A stretch of DNA of 64,000 nucleotides, from contig JAQUKH010000002.1 of NCBI GenBank assembly GCA_028719205.1, positions 1 to 64,000 on the forward strand. Direction: 5' to 3'. The position numbers and the translations under genes were made by a program. The first letter of the stretch is position 1; every line of letters starts with the position of its first letter. This stretch comes from a bacterium (lineage in GTDB: Bacteria > JACRDZ01 > JAQUKH01). Below the pieces are notes generated by a model that was given only the letters and a program-made list of their open reading frames with translations, was not told where the DNA came from and ran no database searches. Positions 1 through 8,847 of this stretch are shown here, in pieces.

Positions 1-1043
1 ACAGGCGTGTTATTGCCGGCATAGGTAAAAGTCAGGTTTTTAAATTCTATTTTTCCTTTAAATATCCTTTCCTCAGGTTTAACAGGAGCGTGTTTAGTTA
101 TCGGGATTTCGTTAAAGACATGATCGATCCTTTTTATTGACGCGATGCCCGCCTGAAACAGGTTTACGACCCAGCCGATAGCCATCATTGGCCAGACAAG
201 CAGGCTGAGAAATCCATGGAACGCGACAAGTTCCCCCAGAGTAATTTCGTTGAATACCACGGCCTTCCCGCCGAATAAAAGAATGATCAGTGTGCTTAGC
301 CCGGACATAAAAAACATCAAAGGAAAAAACGCGCCCCAGATCTTAGCAACGCCGAGATTAGCCTTAAGATAATCATAGCTTGTTCCATAAAATTTTTCGT
401 TCGCGGTGTCTTCCTGAACGAATGATTTAAGGACTTTAATGCCGGAAAGGTATTCCTGGCTTGCCTGGCTGATAGCAGAAGTTTTCTCCTGTACCAGTTT
501 ATGGCTCTTCTGGAGATATGACCCCATTTTTGTGACAAATATTGTAAGGAAGAAAAGGGGTATGAGTGAAATGAAAGAAAGTCTCGGGCTGATCAGGACC
601 ATCATCGTAAACGCGAAAATAAATGTTGTAATTGTGTCTGCCGAATACATAATTCCCGGGCCAAGAAGCATGCGGATGGCGTTAAGGTCACTGGTTCCCC
701 GCGACATCAAATCCCCGGTATTATTCTGGTCATAGAAAGATAACGGGAGCTGTTGCAGGTGCTCGAAATAATCATTTCTAAGGTCGTATTCGATCTGGCG
801 CGAGGCGCCTATGGTTATCTTCCGCATAAAGAACCGGAATATCCCTTCAATAACAGAAATGCCGAGGATATAACCGGCGTATTTTATAATAACCGAATAA
901 GAGATTTTTTTTGTCAGGTCATCAATAACGTATTTTAATATCCACGGTGTAAAAAGGCTGGCGAGTGAGGTAAGTATCGCAAATATCGCGCCGGCTATAT
1001 AATGTTTTTTATAACGAAGGAGATACAGTTTTAATCTTTTCAT
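1..1043 (-). CDS. ABC exporter, fused permease/ATP-binding protein (MdlA/YheI-like); runs off the window edge
   Basis: Not in the ORF track. Manual translation from ATG 1043: MKRLKLYLLRYKKHYIAG...SRQIEYDLRNDYFEHLQQLPLSFYDQNNTGDLMSRGTSDLNAIRMLLGPG, typical of an ABC membrane domain. Confidence 0.9.
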   Translation of the reverse strand, partial: MKRLKLYLLRYKKHYIAGAIFAILTSLASLFTPWILKYVIDDLTKKISYSVIIKYAGYILGISVIEGIFRFFMRKITIGASRQIEYDLRNDYFEHLQQLPLSFYDQNNTGDLMSRGTSDLNAIRMLLGPGIMYSADTITTFIFAFTMMVLISPRLSFISLIPLFFLTIFVTKMGSYLQKSHKLVQEKTSAISQASQEYLSGIKVLKSFVQEDTANEKFYGTSYDYLKANLGVAKIWGAFFPLMFFMSGLSTLIILLFGGKAVVFNEITLGELVAFHGFLSLLVWPMMAIGWVVNLFQAGIASIKRIDHVFNEIPITKHAPVKPEERIFKGKIEFKNLTFTYAGNNTP

Positions 1044-1050
1044 ACAAAAT

Positions 1051-1098
1051 ATTATAACAGTAAGTTTACATTTCTATAAGATTTATTTATGTTATAAT
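1051..1098. promoter_or_regulatory. Back-to-back extended -10 promoters (TGTTATAAT on each strand)
   Basis: Minus strand TGTTATAAT at 1051-1059, 7 nt before the ABC ATG; plus strand TGTTATAAT at 1090-1098 before the FmdB-type gene. Confidence 0.55.
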
Positions 1099-1125
1099 AT
1101 TTTCAGGAAAAGGAGAAACAGATAA

Positions 1126-1359
1126 ATGCCAATATATGAGTTTTGCTGCCAGGATTGCCAGAAAGAATTTGAGGAATTTTTTCATTCTTCTTTTCAAAAG
1201 AAGAATATTGCCTGTGTCAAATGCGGAAGTTCCAATGTCAGGAAAAAAGTCTCGCTGTTTGGCGTGGCGGGAAAAAACGGAGATTCCGGGGAATTCGCTA
1301 CTTCTTCGGGAGGCGGGTGCGGCAGTTGTGCTACGCATAATTGCGGAAGCTGTCATTAA
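1126..1359 (+). CDS. FmdB-family zinc-ribbon protein
   Basis: MPIYEFCCQDC...CVKCGS and C-terminal CGSC..HNCGSC; AGGAG RBS. Confidence 0.9.
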   Translation: MPIYEFCCQDCQKEFEEFFHSSFQKKNIACVKCGSSNVRKKVSLFGVAGKNGDSGEFATSSGGGCGSCATHNCGSCH

Positions 1360-1373
1360 CAGGAAAGGGAAAC

Positions 1374-2228
1374 ATGCAGGTAAAAATAATCGGCAAGAAA
1401 TTCAGCTATAGTTCAAAATTATTCTTTTTTGGCTTAGGAGTGATATTTACATTGATAAATGGATTTGTGATTTATATGACCAGATCAGAACTGGCATTTT
1501 CCATGTTATATTTTGTTCCAATAATAATGACTACCTGGCTTATTAATAAAGAAGCAGGTTATTTGATCGCTATAATTAGTATTATTTCCTGGTTCGCGAT
1601 CGATATGGTAATAATAAAGGAATTTAAGAGTCCAATAGTGCCCTATATAAACGGTATTTTCAGGTCATCGCTTTTTTTGTTCATGGTGTTTATACTTTCC
1701 GAGCTTAAAAAAAACCTGGACCTGCAGAAGGAACTTGCCGGTACGGATTCTTTAACGGGTATAAATAACAGAAGGGCATTTTTTATTTTAGCTGAGGCGG
1801 AGATAAACCGGGCCGTAAGATTCAAGAATTCTTTTTCTGTCGCGTATATTGATCTTGATAATTTTAAGTCGATAAATGACCGTTTTGGACATGACACGGG
1901 AGATGTTCTATTGCGGATGGTAGCGGGAACAATAAAACACAATATCCGCTCAACAGATGTATTTGCCAGGTTAGGAGGAGATGAATTTATTATATTATTT
2001 TCAGAGGTTTCAAAGAGTGAAATTGCATGTGTCCTGGCAGGTAGATTTCAGTCTTCTCTTAAAGAAATTATGAAAAAGAATGAATGGCCTGTAACGTTGA
2101 GCGTTGGTATTGCTGTCTATAAAAAAGTGCCGGCTTCAGTAGATGAATTGATAAAGGAATCAGATTCTATAATGTATTTCGCGAAGCAAAGCGGAAAAGA
2201 TAAAATCAAACATAAAATAATTGAATAA
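1374..2228 (+). CDS. Membrane-anchored diguanylate cyclase
   Basis: N-terminal hydrophobic helices; DLDNFK.IND..GH..GD and RSTD(I-site)..GGDEF. Start moved to ATG 1374 after a GGA-rich RBS. Confidence 0.9.
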   Translation: MQVKIIGKKFSYSSKLFFFGLGVIFTLINGFVIYMTRSELAFSMLYFVPIIMTTWLINKEAGYLIAIISIISWFAIDMVIIKEFKSPIVPYINGIFRSSLFLFMVFILSELKKNLDLQKELAGTDSLTGINNRRAFFILAEAEINRAVRFKNSFSVAYIDLDNFKSINDRFGHDTGDVLLRMVAGTIKHNIRSTDVFARLGGDEFIILFSEVSKSEIACVLAGRFQSSLKEIMKKNEWPVTLSVGIAVYKKVPASVDELIKESDSIMYFAKQSGKDKIKHKIIE

Positions 2229-2260
2229 GAATTTTGACATGCCTGGTATAAAAAAAATAC

Positions 2261-2310
2261 TTGACAAGGGAAAACTTCAGGTGTAATATATAACCAAGTT
2301 AGTAATAATT
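2261..2310 (+). promoter_or_regulatory. Sigma70-type promoter with candidate Rrf2 operator
   Basis: TTGACA 2261-2266, 17 nt, TAATAT 2284-2289; motif 2289-2310 matches the reverse complement of 2743-2764 at 19/22 positions. Confidence 0.6.
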
Positions 2311-2329
2311 AATATTAAGGAGCCTGAAA

Positions 2330-2728
2330 ATGGTTATATCCCGAGCCTCTGAATCCGCTGTAAGGGCATTATTGTATATGGCATCGTTGCCATCCGGACA
2401 AGTGGCGAAAAAACAGGATATATGCCGCACGCAGGAAATTACGCCGGCATTTTTTATAAAAATTATGCAGCCTCTTCTTTCCGCGGGGCTGGTAGAATCT
2501 TATCGGGGGGTGGCGGGAGGATTTTCTCTGAGGAAACCTCCTGAAAAAATAAGTTTGTGGGACATTGTTTCAGCTGTGGAAGGGCCGATATACCTGAATA
2601 AATGTATGATCCACAAAGGATATTGTTCGCGGGATGCGGTTTGCCAGGTGCATAAGGTATGGCATAACGCTAAAAAGGCAGTTCAGCAGATATTAGCCGA
2701 TGCTACTTTAGATAAATTAGTGAGATAA
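2330..2728 (+). CDS. Rrf2-family transcriptional regulator with three Cys (Fe-S type)
   Basis: GLVESYRGVAGGFSL wing motif; C-x6-C-x5-C (CMIHKGYCSRDAVC). Confidence 0.92.
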   Translation: MVISRASESAVRALLYMASLPSGQVAKKQDICRTQEITPAFFIKIMQPLLSAGLVESYRGVAGGFSLRKPPEKISLWDIVSAVEGPIYLNKCMIHKGYCSRDAVCQVHKVWHNAKKAVQQILADATLDKLVR

Positions 2729-2742
2729 ATTTTTTTGATATA

Positions 2743-2767
2743 AATTATGACTAATATGGTTATAATT
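2743..2767. promoter_or_regulatory. Second candidate Rrf2 operator (imperfect palindrome)
   Basis: AATTATGACTAATATGGTTATAATT, dyad-symmetric and similar to 2289-2310. Confidence 0.55.
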
Positions 2768-2854
2768 GGGAGGTGATTTTATTATGTAAGAAAAACAAAT
2801 TTTAACGGCGGCAGGGGGGTAATAAGAATATTATATAAAGGAGGAGAATGAAAA

Positions 2855-4243
2855 ATGAAAAAAATATTTTATGTGTTAATTTTAGGAGTTATACTGATCG
2901 GAGTTGTATCGGTTAAGGCGGAAGAGAAAAATGATAGATATCCTTTTTTCCCTTCATTGATAAATACTAATACCGGTAAACCGGTAAAGTCCGGTGATTT
3001 TGAACAGCCGGAGGTATGCAGGGCGTGCCATACTGATATTTATAACCAATGGAAAGGATCCATGCATTCAAATGCCTTCATTGATCCGGTGTTCCAGGCT
3101 TTATGGAAGATCGGAAACAAAGAGACGAATGGCTTAACTGAAAAATTGTGCGCCGGATGCCATACGGCAATAGGCACGGTCAGCGATGAACTCGGGAAAA
3201 AAGACGCGCAGGGAAATTATAATATCAGCGAGATTGCCCAAAAAGGGGTACAGTGCGATGTTTGCCATAATGTTAAATCCAGTACAGCCCTGGAAGCTGA
3301 AGGGCATGAGCCTCATAACGCAACATTTATTATTGAGCCCGGGATAAAACGCGGGCCTTTTAAGGATGGAGACTCTCCTCATCATGCTATAGCGTATTCC
3401 GATCTGCATACCTCAGCCGAGTTTTGCGGCAATTGCCATCATGTGTTTCATCCTGTTAATAATTTTCCGATCGAGAGGACTTATGATGAATGGAAAAACT
3501 CGGTTTACAGCCAGAACGGCATAATTTGCCAGGATTGCCACATGGCGGATGTTGAGGATGCCGTTGAGATAGCCCGCACGCTGAAAAAAGTAAAGCATTC
3601 CGGTAAGGCTTCGAACAGCGGTCCTGAGAGAGAGCAAATTTACAAACATAATTTTGACGGAGCAAATTTTACTATCCCGGGATTATTAGGTTACACCAAA
3701 CACTCTGAAGCGGCTGCAAAACGGTTGCAAAGCGCCGCAAATCTTGAAATAATTTCTCCTGATGAATTTAAGGCGGGACAGATGGGTGGTTTTAAAATTA
3801 AAGTAACAAATGTTGCGGCCGGGCATAATTTACCGACCAGCCTTACAGAGGTACGACAGATGTGGCTGGAGGTTGAAGTGACCGATGATGCCGGCAAAAA
3901 AATATTACATTCAGGCTGGTTGGATAAGGAATATAACGTAGATCCGGAGGCCGCGATGTTTCACGCAAAATCGGTAGATAAGGATGGAAAGGATACAGTG
4001 AAGCCTTGGGAGATCGTGCGGTTTGAATCTAATAATACTATTCCTCCCAAAGGTTCAGCGATACAGAATTATAATGTTGAAATCCCGTCAGATACAAAAG
4101 GGAATTTGCAGGTTAAAGCAATATTGCGATACCGGTCTTATCCTCAGGCTGTGGCTAACTTGCTGTTAGGCAGGGATGCTCCTGTTTTACCGATCGTGAA
4201 TATGACAACGGCGTCAAAATCTGTTAAAATAGTTAAAAGCTGA
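2855..4243 (+). CDS. Exported pentaheme c-type cytochrome (c554-like N-terminal region plus Ig-like C-terminal domain)
   Basis: Signal peptide; five CxxCH motifs: CRACH, CAGCH, CDVCH, CGNCH, CQDCH; GHNLPT motif. Confidence 0.9.
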   Translation: MKKIFYVLILGVILIGVVSVKAEEKNDRYPFFPSLINTNTGKPVKSGDFEQPEVCRACHTDIYNQWKGSMHSNAFIDPVFQALWKIGNKETNGLTEKLCAGCHTAIGTVSDELGKKDAQGNYNISEIAQKGVQCDVCHNVKSSTALEAEGHEPHNATFIIEPGIKRGPFKDGDSPHHAIAYSDLHTSAEFCGNCHHVFHPVNNFPIERTYDEWKNSVYSQNGIICQDCHMADVEDAVEIARTLKKVKHSGKASNSGPEREQIYKHNFDGANFTIPGLLGYTKHSEAAAKRLQSAANLEIISPDEFKAGQMGGFKIKVTNVAAGHNLPTSLTEVRQMWLEVEVTDDAGKKILHSGWLDKEYNVDPEAAMFHAKSVDKDGKDTVKPWEIVRFESNNTIPPKGSAIQNYNVEIPSDTKGNLQVKAILRYRSYPQAVANLLLGRDAPVLPIVNMTTASKSVKIVKS

Positions 4244-4253
4244 AAACGAACAT

Positions 4254-4285
4254 CAGGGGGGCGCCTTTTAAAAGAGGTGCCCCTG
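4254..4285 (+). terminator. GC-rich stem-loop after the cytochrome gene
   Basis: CAGGGG..GCGCCTTTT / AAAGAGGTGCCCCTG; only a weak U tract follows. Confidence 0.45.
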
Positions 4286-4325
4286 GTTAAGGGGAGTCCG
4301 GATTTAGCTATTAGGAGGATTGATC

Positions 4326-5048
4326 ATGATCTTAAGACATTTATGGAAAAGCGGATTAGTGGCAGTTGTGCTTGTGTTTTATTCTGTGTCCCCGATTAAT
4401 GCCCAATCAAATAATGTGGGAGCTTTTATTGATCAGGTTATAGGGGCGTATGGCGGCCGGAAAAATATTTTATCAATTAAGTCGTATCGTCTGGAAGCAA
4501 CTATGCAAACTCATGTCCAAAAAGGTATCGGTAAAGTAACAAGAGTTGTTGAAGGGCCGCTGCGGTTGAAGGTTCTTATTCGCTATCCATCCGATATGGA
4601 GATCCGTCTGCTTGACGGAGAAAAATCCTTGAGAGGTTTTGCCCCTGATAAATTAGCTTCTGTTGAAGGCCCATTGCGTGATTCGATGGTACTTCAGGCG
4701 GCGCGGGCCGATATTCCATGGATCCTGGATAATATGAGATCAAAGATACGTCTCACAAAGGCAAAAGACGGGCAATCTGTCCTGGAAATTCCGCTTGGAA
4801 AAGGAATGTATATGAATGCTTTTGTAGACGCAAAAACACATTTAGTAACGCGAGCCGAGACTGTATCGGAAGGAGAAATGGAACTTCAGTTCGCGGCAGA
4901 CTATTCGGATTTTCGGAAAGTTGATAATGTATTATTCCCTTTTCACGAGGAAAACTATGCTTCAGGTTCGCACACGGCAACTACAAAGGTGGATAGTATC
5001 AAACTCAATCCGTCGGGGGAAGCTCTGGAACTGCCGATCCCGAAATAA
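4326..5048 (+). CDS. Exported hypothetical protein (LolA-like/lipoprotein-sorting fold suspected)
   Basis: Signal peptide; A.GG..N..SI and YSDFRKVDNVLFPF motifs; AGGAGG RBS. Confidence 0.7.
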   Translation: MILRHLWKSGLVAVVLVFYSVSPINAQSNNVGAFIDQVIGAYGGRKNILSIKSYRLEATMQTHVQKGIGKVTRVVEGPLRLKVLIRYPSDMEIRLLDGEKSLRGFAPDKLASVEGPLRDSMVLQAARADIPWILDNMRSKIRLTKAKDGQSVLEIPLGKGMYMNAFVDAKTHLVTRAETVSEGEMELQFAADYSDFRKVDNVLFPFHEENYASGSHTATTKVDSIKLNPSGEALELPIPK

Positions 5049-5064
5049 TTGCGGATAATTTTAT

Positions 5065-6069
5065 TTAACAAATTCTGGGCAACTGATCGCTTTCCAGTGT
5101 GATAAGCGGCCGTTTCCCGCCGATTGCGGTTTTTAAAAATACTCCGCGCCCTTTTGACACTTTTCCGATAACAGCGGAATGTTTTCCGTATTTATGGTCT
5201 TTCAGGATCTTTAAACATTTTTCAGTGTCTTTCTCAGCGGCAAAAATAACCATTTTCCCTTCGTTCGCGAGATAAAGAGGGTCAAGCCCCAAAATTTCGC
5301 AAAAAGAACGGACAGGCCTATTGACCGGGATCTTGTTTTCATAAACCTCAATGCCTGAACCTGAGGCTTCAGCGGCCTCATTTAATACTGTCGCAAGTCC
5401 GCCGCGCGTCACGTCCCGCATCGCGCGGATTTTACAACCTTTATCAAAACACGCATGGATCATATTGTTTAACGGCGCGCAATCACTTATGATCCTGCCT
5501 GTGAATTTCATATCCTGCCGGGCATTTAATATCGCAAGCCCGTGATCTCCAACTGAACCATTTATAATTATATTATCTCCGGGTTTTACGTTATAAATTG
5601 AAATATTATTTTTTGGATCTCTGAAACCGATACCGGAGGTTGTAATAAATATTTTATCCGCGCTTCCTTTTTCTACTACTTTAGTATCGCCGGTTACAAT
5701 TTTTACATTGGCTTCCCGGGATGTTTTCTTAATTGAACTGCATATTTTTTCCAGAGCAAAGAAGTCAAACCCTTCTTCAAGGATAAAAGAAATGCTTAAA
5801 TATTTAGGGATCGCTCCCATAGCCGTCAGGTCATTGACCGTTCCGCAAATGGATATTTTCCCGATATCCCCACCGGGAAAAAATATTGGCGAAACCACAA
5901 AAGAATCTGTAGTAAAAAGGATTTTACCCCTCTCTCCGGGCAAAAAAGCGGAATCCTCTAACCGGTCAAGTATCGAATTGGAAAAATATTTTCTAAAAAT
6001 TTCTCCGATCAACCGTTGTGTGGCTTTCCCGCCGCTTCCATGAGATAGTGTGATTTTTTTTTCTGGCAT
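5065..6069 (-). CDS. hypE: Hydrogenase maturation protein HypE
   Basis: HGSGG, FTTDSFVVSP.FFPGGDIG, GTVNDL, C-terminal LPRIC. Confidence 0.97.
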   Translation of the reverse strand: MPEKKITLSHGSGGKATQRLIGEIFRKYFSNSILDRLEDSAFLPGERGKILFTTDSFVVSPIFFPGGDIGKISICGTVNDLTAMGAIPKYLSISFILEEGFDFFALEKICSSIKKTSREANVKIVTGDTKVVEKGSADKIFITTSGIGFRDPKNNISIYNVKPGDNIIINGSVGDHGLAILNARQDMKFTGRIISDCAPLNNMIHACFDKGCKIRAMRDVTRGGLATVLNEAAEASGSGIEVYENKIPVNRPVRSFCEILGLDPLYLANEGKMVIFAAEKDTEKCLKILKDHKYGKHSAVIGKVSKGRGVFLKTAIGGKRPLITLESDQLPRIC

Positions 6070-6084
6070 AGATATCCTGATTTA

Positions 6085-6675
6085 TTAATACTTAACAAGA
6101 GGCAGTCCCAATTCTGTCGGCCTTTTTTCGGGTTTGCTTATATTATTATCTGCCGGGCGTTTGCCGAAATATAACACACTGCCGTCGGTTTTTATAATAT
6201 CATACTCCTTGTCGCATTCATTAACAGGCGTGATAAAATAACAACCTGACTCTGAAATATCCATTTTTTTACCTTTTTCAAACTTGTAAATATCAAATCC
6301 ATAATTTTTGACCGCCTCCTTGTCATCTGTAAGAAGTGTAATATATTTCTTGACCACTGTGAAATTTCCGTTGAAAGCGCCTTTAACTTTCGATGAAGGC
6401 CCTTCAATTCCATAAGAGCCTTCTCCCTGGAACTGAAAAACCGGTTTTTGCAGTTCTTTGTCCTGATAAAGGGTATAATCGATCTGCCATAATTTATCCA
6501 AAAAACGGAATTGTCTTTCTACAAACGCGCTTTCACCCGCTTTTTCAGGGGATTGGCTTTTCCACTTTCCTTCAATATTGACTTTACTTACCGTCGGCCT
6601 GTTTTTATTGGAACAACCCCATATGAAAACAAAAAATAAAAAAATGAATAAAACTTTTTCTGATATTTTTACCAT
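6085..6675 (-). CDS. Lipoprotein resembling the APCDD1 domain
   Basis: Lipobox IWGC; GKWKS..E, F..R.F.F, D....GC, EYD, LYFG.RP.D......RPT...PL pattern. Confidence 0.65.
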   Translation of the reverse strand: MVKISEKVLFIFLFFVFIWGCSNKNRPTVSKVNIEGKWKSQSPEKAGESAFVERQFRFLDKLWQIDYTLYQDKELQKPVFQFQGEGSYGIEGPSSKVKGAFNGNFTVVKKYITLLTDDKEAVKNYGFDIYKFEKGKKMDISESGCYFITPVNECDKEYDIIKTDGSVLYFGKRPADNNISKPEKRPTELGLPLVKY

Positions 6676-6818
6676 ATAATTTCCTTATTTTGATGTTTGG
6701 ATGTTTTTTTAATATTTATTTTAGCATATCCAAAAATTTATTGCCAAAATTTATTATAAGTGGCATAATGTAACATATAGAAATTGATGTTGGGAAAGGA
6801 TCCCATGAAAGGAGAAGT

Positions 6819-7352
6819 ATGAAAAAAAGGTATATATATTTAACACTGGTAATTTTATCGGTAATGTTTGCAGGATCTGTCCGGGCTGATGAAGAATCTA
6901 AACACAAATTAACGGAAGAACTGCTTTCGGTTATGAGAGTGGAGGATGTGGTAAATGAAGTGTTTGAACAGGTAAAACTAATACAATTGTCACAGATTAA
7001 GAGTCTTGTATCATCAGAAAAAGGTTCTGCCGGCGGGCAGGTATTGGAGGAAAAAATTATCGCCCTTATCAGGAAAGAATTTAACTGGGAGCTTGTTAAA
7101 AATGACTATTTAGCTATCTATGAAGGAGCATTTACCGAGGAGGAGATCCAGGGGCTTCTGGTTTTTCATAAAAGTCCTTTGGGCCAGAAATTATTAAATA
7201 AAAATCCTGAAATTATATCTAAATCAATGGGGATTGGTCAGAAACGCATGATAAGCATAATGCCCGAGGTGCAGAGAATAACAAAAGAATGGATAGCAGA
7301 ACAAAAAAATATTGAAAGGGAAAAACAGAAGAAGGAAGAGCCTGTAAAATAA
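6819..7352 (+). CDS. DUF2059-type exported protein
   Basis: Signal peptide; IYEGAFTEEEI..L..F.KSPLGQK. Confidence 0.8.
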   Translation: MKKRYIYLTLVILSVMFAGSVRADEESKHKLTEELLSVMRVEDVVNEVFEQVKLIQLSQIKSLVSSEKGSAGGQVLEEKIIALIRKEFNWELVKNDYLAIYEGAFTEEEIQGLLVFHKSPLGQKLLNKNPEIISKSMGIGQKRMISIMPEVQRITKEWIAEQKNIEREKQKKEEPVK

Positions 7353-7378
7353 TATTGTAAACGAAAAAAGGAGGGCTA

Positions 7379-8746
7379 ATGGATTTAAAAAAGATTTATT
7401 TAAGCGAAAATGATATTCCGCGCCAATGGTATAATCTGGCCGCTGACTTTAAAAATCCGCCACCTCCGCCGCTAGGCCCTGATGGTAAGCCCGTGTCACC
7501 TGATATGCTCGCGCCTGTTTTTCCTATGAATTTGATCGAACAGGAAGTAAGCCAGAAAAGATGGATCGATATCCCTGAGGAAATAATCGAGATTTTGTAC
7601 CGCTGGAGGCCTGCCCCTTTACGAAGAGCGGTTTATCTTGAAAATTTTTTAAAAACACCCGCAAAAATTTATTATAAAGATGAAAGTACAAGCCCTCCGG
7701 GAAGCCATAAGCCGAATACCGCTGTTCCGCAGGCCTGGTATAACAAACAGTTTGGAATAAAAAACCTGACCACGGAAACCGGCGCGGGGCAATGGGGGAG
7801 CGCGATTGCTTTTGCCTGTAAACTGGTAGGTTTGAACTGCAAGGTTTTTATGGTAAGGATAAGTTTTGATCAGAAACCCATGCGTAAGGCAATGATGAAG
7901 GTTTGGGGCGCGGAATGTATTCCAAGCCCAAGCAAGGAAACTAACGCGGGAAGAGAAGTTCTTAAAAAAATGCCCGATACCCCGGGAAGTTTAGGCATCG
8001 CGATAAGCGAAGCAATTGAAGCGGCTGTAACCGATAAATCGGGACAAACCAGATATTCACTTGGAAGTGTTTTAAATCATGTTCTGTTGCATCAGACAAT
8101 AATAGGGCTTGAGGCAAAAAAACAGTTAAAATCAGTAGGGGAAAAATTGCCGGATATAGTTATCGGCTGCGCGGGAGGTGGGAGTAATTTCGCGGGATTA
8201 TCCTTCCCGTTCGTAAACGATAAGATTAACGGGGCTAAAATGACTATCATCCCCGTTGAACCAAAAGCCTGTCCGACCATGACAAGAGGCCCGCTTACAT
8301 ACGATTTCGGTGATATTGCCTGTATGACGCCTCTTATCGCGATGCATACCCTTGGACACAGTTTTGTTCCAAAGCCGATCCACGCGGGCGGCCTGCGTTA
8401 CCACGGTATGGCTCCTTTAGTGAGCCACGCGATCAAAGAAGGCCTTCTTGAACCAAGGGCGTATGATCAGCTTCAATGTTATGAGTCAGCCCTTATCTGG
8501 GCGGGAACCGAGGGGGCGATCTGCGCGCCGGAGACAAGCCACGCGATAGCCTGTGTTATCGAAGAGGCGAAAAAGGCGAAGGAAGAAGGGAAAGAAAAGG
8601 TTATATTATTTAATTATAGCGGGCACGGCCTGATGGACCTTACCGGATACGAAAAATATCTTGCCGGTGAGCTTAAAGATTATCCTCTTCCTGAAAAGGA
8701 ATTGCAGGAGTCATTGAAATCACTTAAAGATCTGCCGAAGCTGTAA
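7379..8746 (+). CDS. trpB2: TrpB2 (stand-alone tryptophan synthase beta-like PLP enzyme)
   Basis: [38 protein letters not shown]. Confidence 0.95.
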   Translation: MDLKKIYLSENDIPRQWYNLAADFKNPPPPPLGPDGKPVSPDMLAPVFPMNLIEQEVSQKRWIDIPEEIIEILYRWRPAPLRRAVYLENFLKTPAKIYYKDESTSPPGSHKPNTAVPQAWYNKQFGIKNLTTETGAGQWGSAIAFACKLVGLNCKVFMVRISFDQKPMRKAMMKVWGAECIPSPSKETNAGREVLKKMPDTPGSLGIAISEAIEAAVTDKSGQTRYSLGSVLNHVLLHQTIIGLEAKKQLKSVGEKLPDIVIGCAGGGSNFAGLSFPFVNDKINGAKMTIIPVEPKACPTMTRGPLTYDFGDIACMTPLIAMHTLGHSFVPKPIHAGGLRYHGMAPLVSHAIKEGLLEPRAYDQLQCYESALIWAGTEGAICAPETSHAIACVIEEAKKAKEEGKEKVILFNYSGHGLMDLTGYEKYLAGELKDYPLPEKELQESLKSLKDLPKL

Positions 8747-8786
8747 AAATATTAAGCGGGGATATTATTCCCTTCGAAGATAACAA

Positions 8787-8844
8787 TGAGTAGAAGCGGA
8801 TCCCTGCCCGTCCGGCAGGCGCCTAAGGCGGACCGCTTAACTCA
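8787..8844. repeat. Nested palindromes between convergent trpB2 and dinB
   Basis: TGAGT..AAGCGG[A TC(CCTGCC CGTCC GGCAGG)CGCC TAA GGCGGA]CCGCTT.ACTCA. Confidence 0.75.
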
Positions 8845-8847
8845 AGT

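Noticed and set aside
317-938. Short ORFs 317-538, 439-735, 753-938 and the many 60-150 aa ORFs overlapping larger genes throughout the window
   Set aside because: Antisense or off-frame shadows of well-supported genes, with no recognisable motifs.
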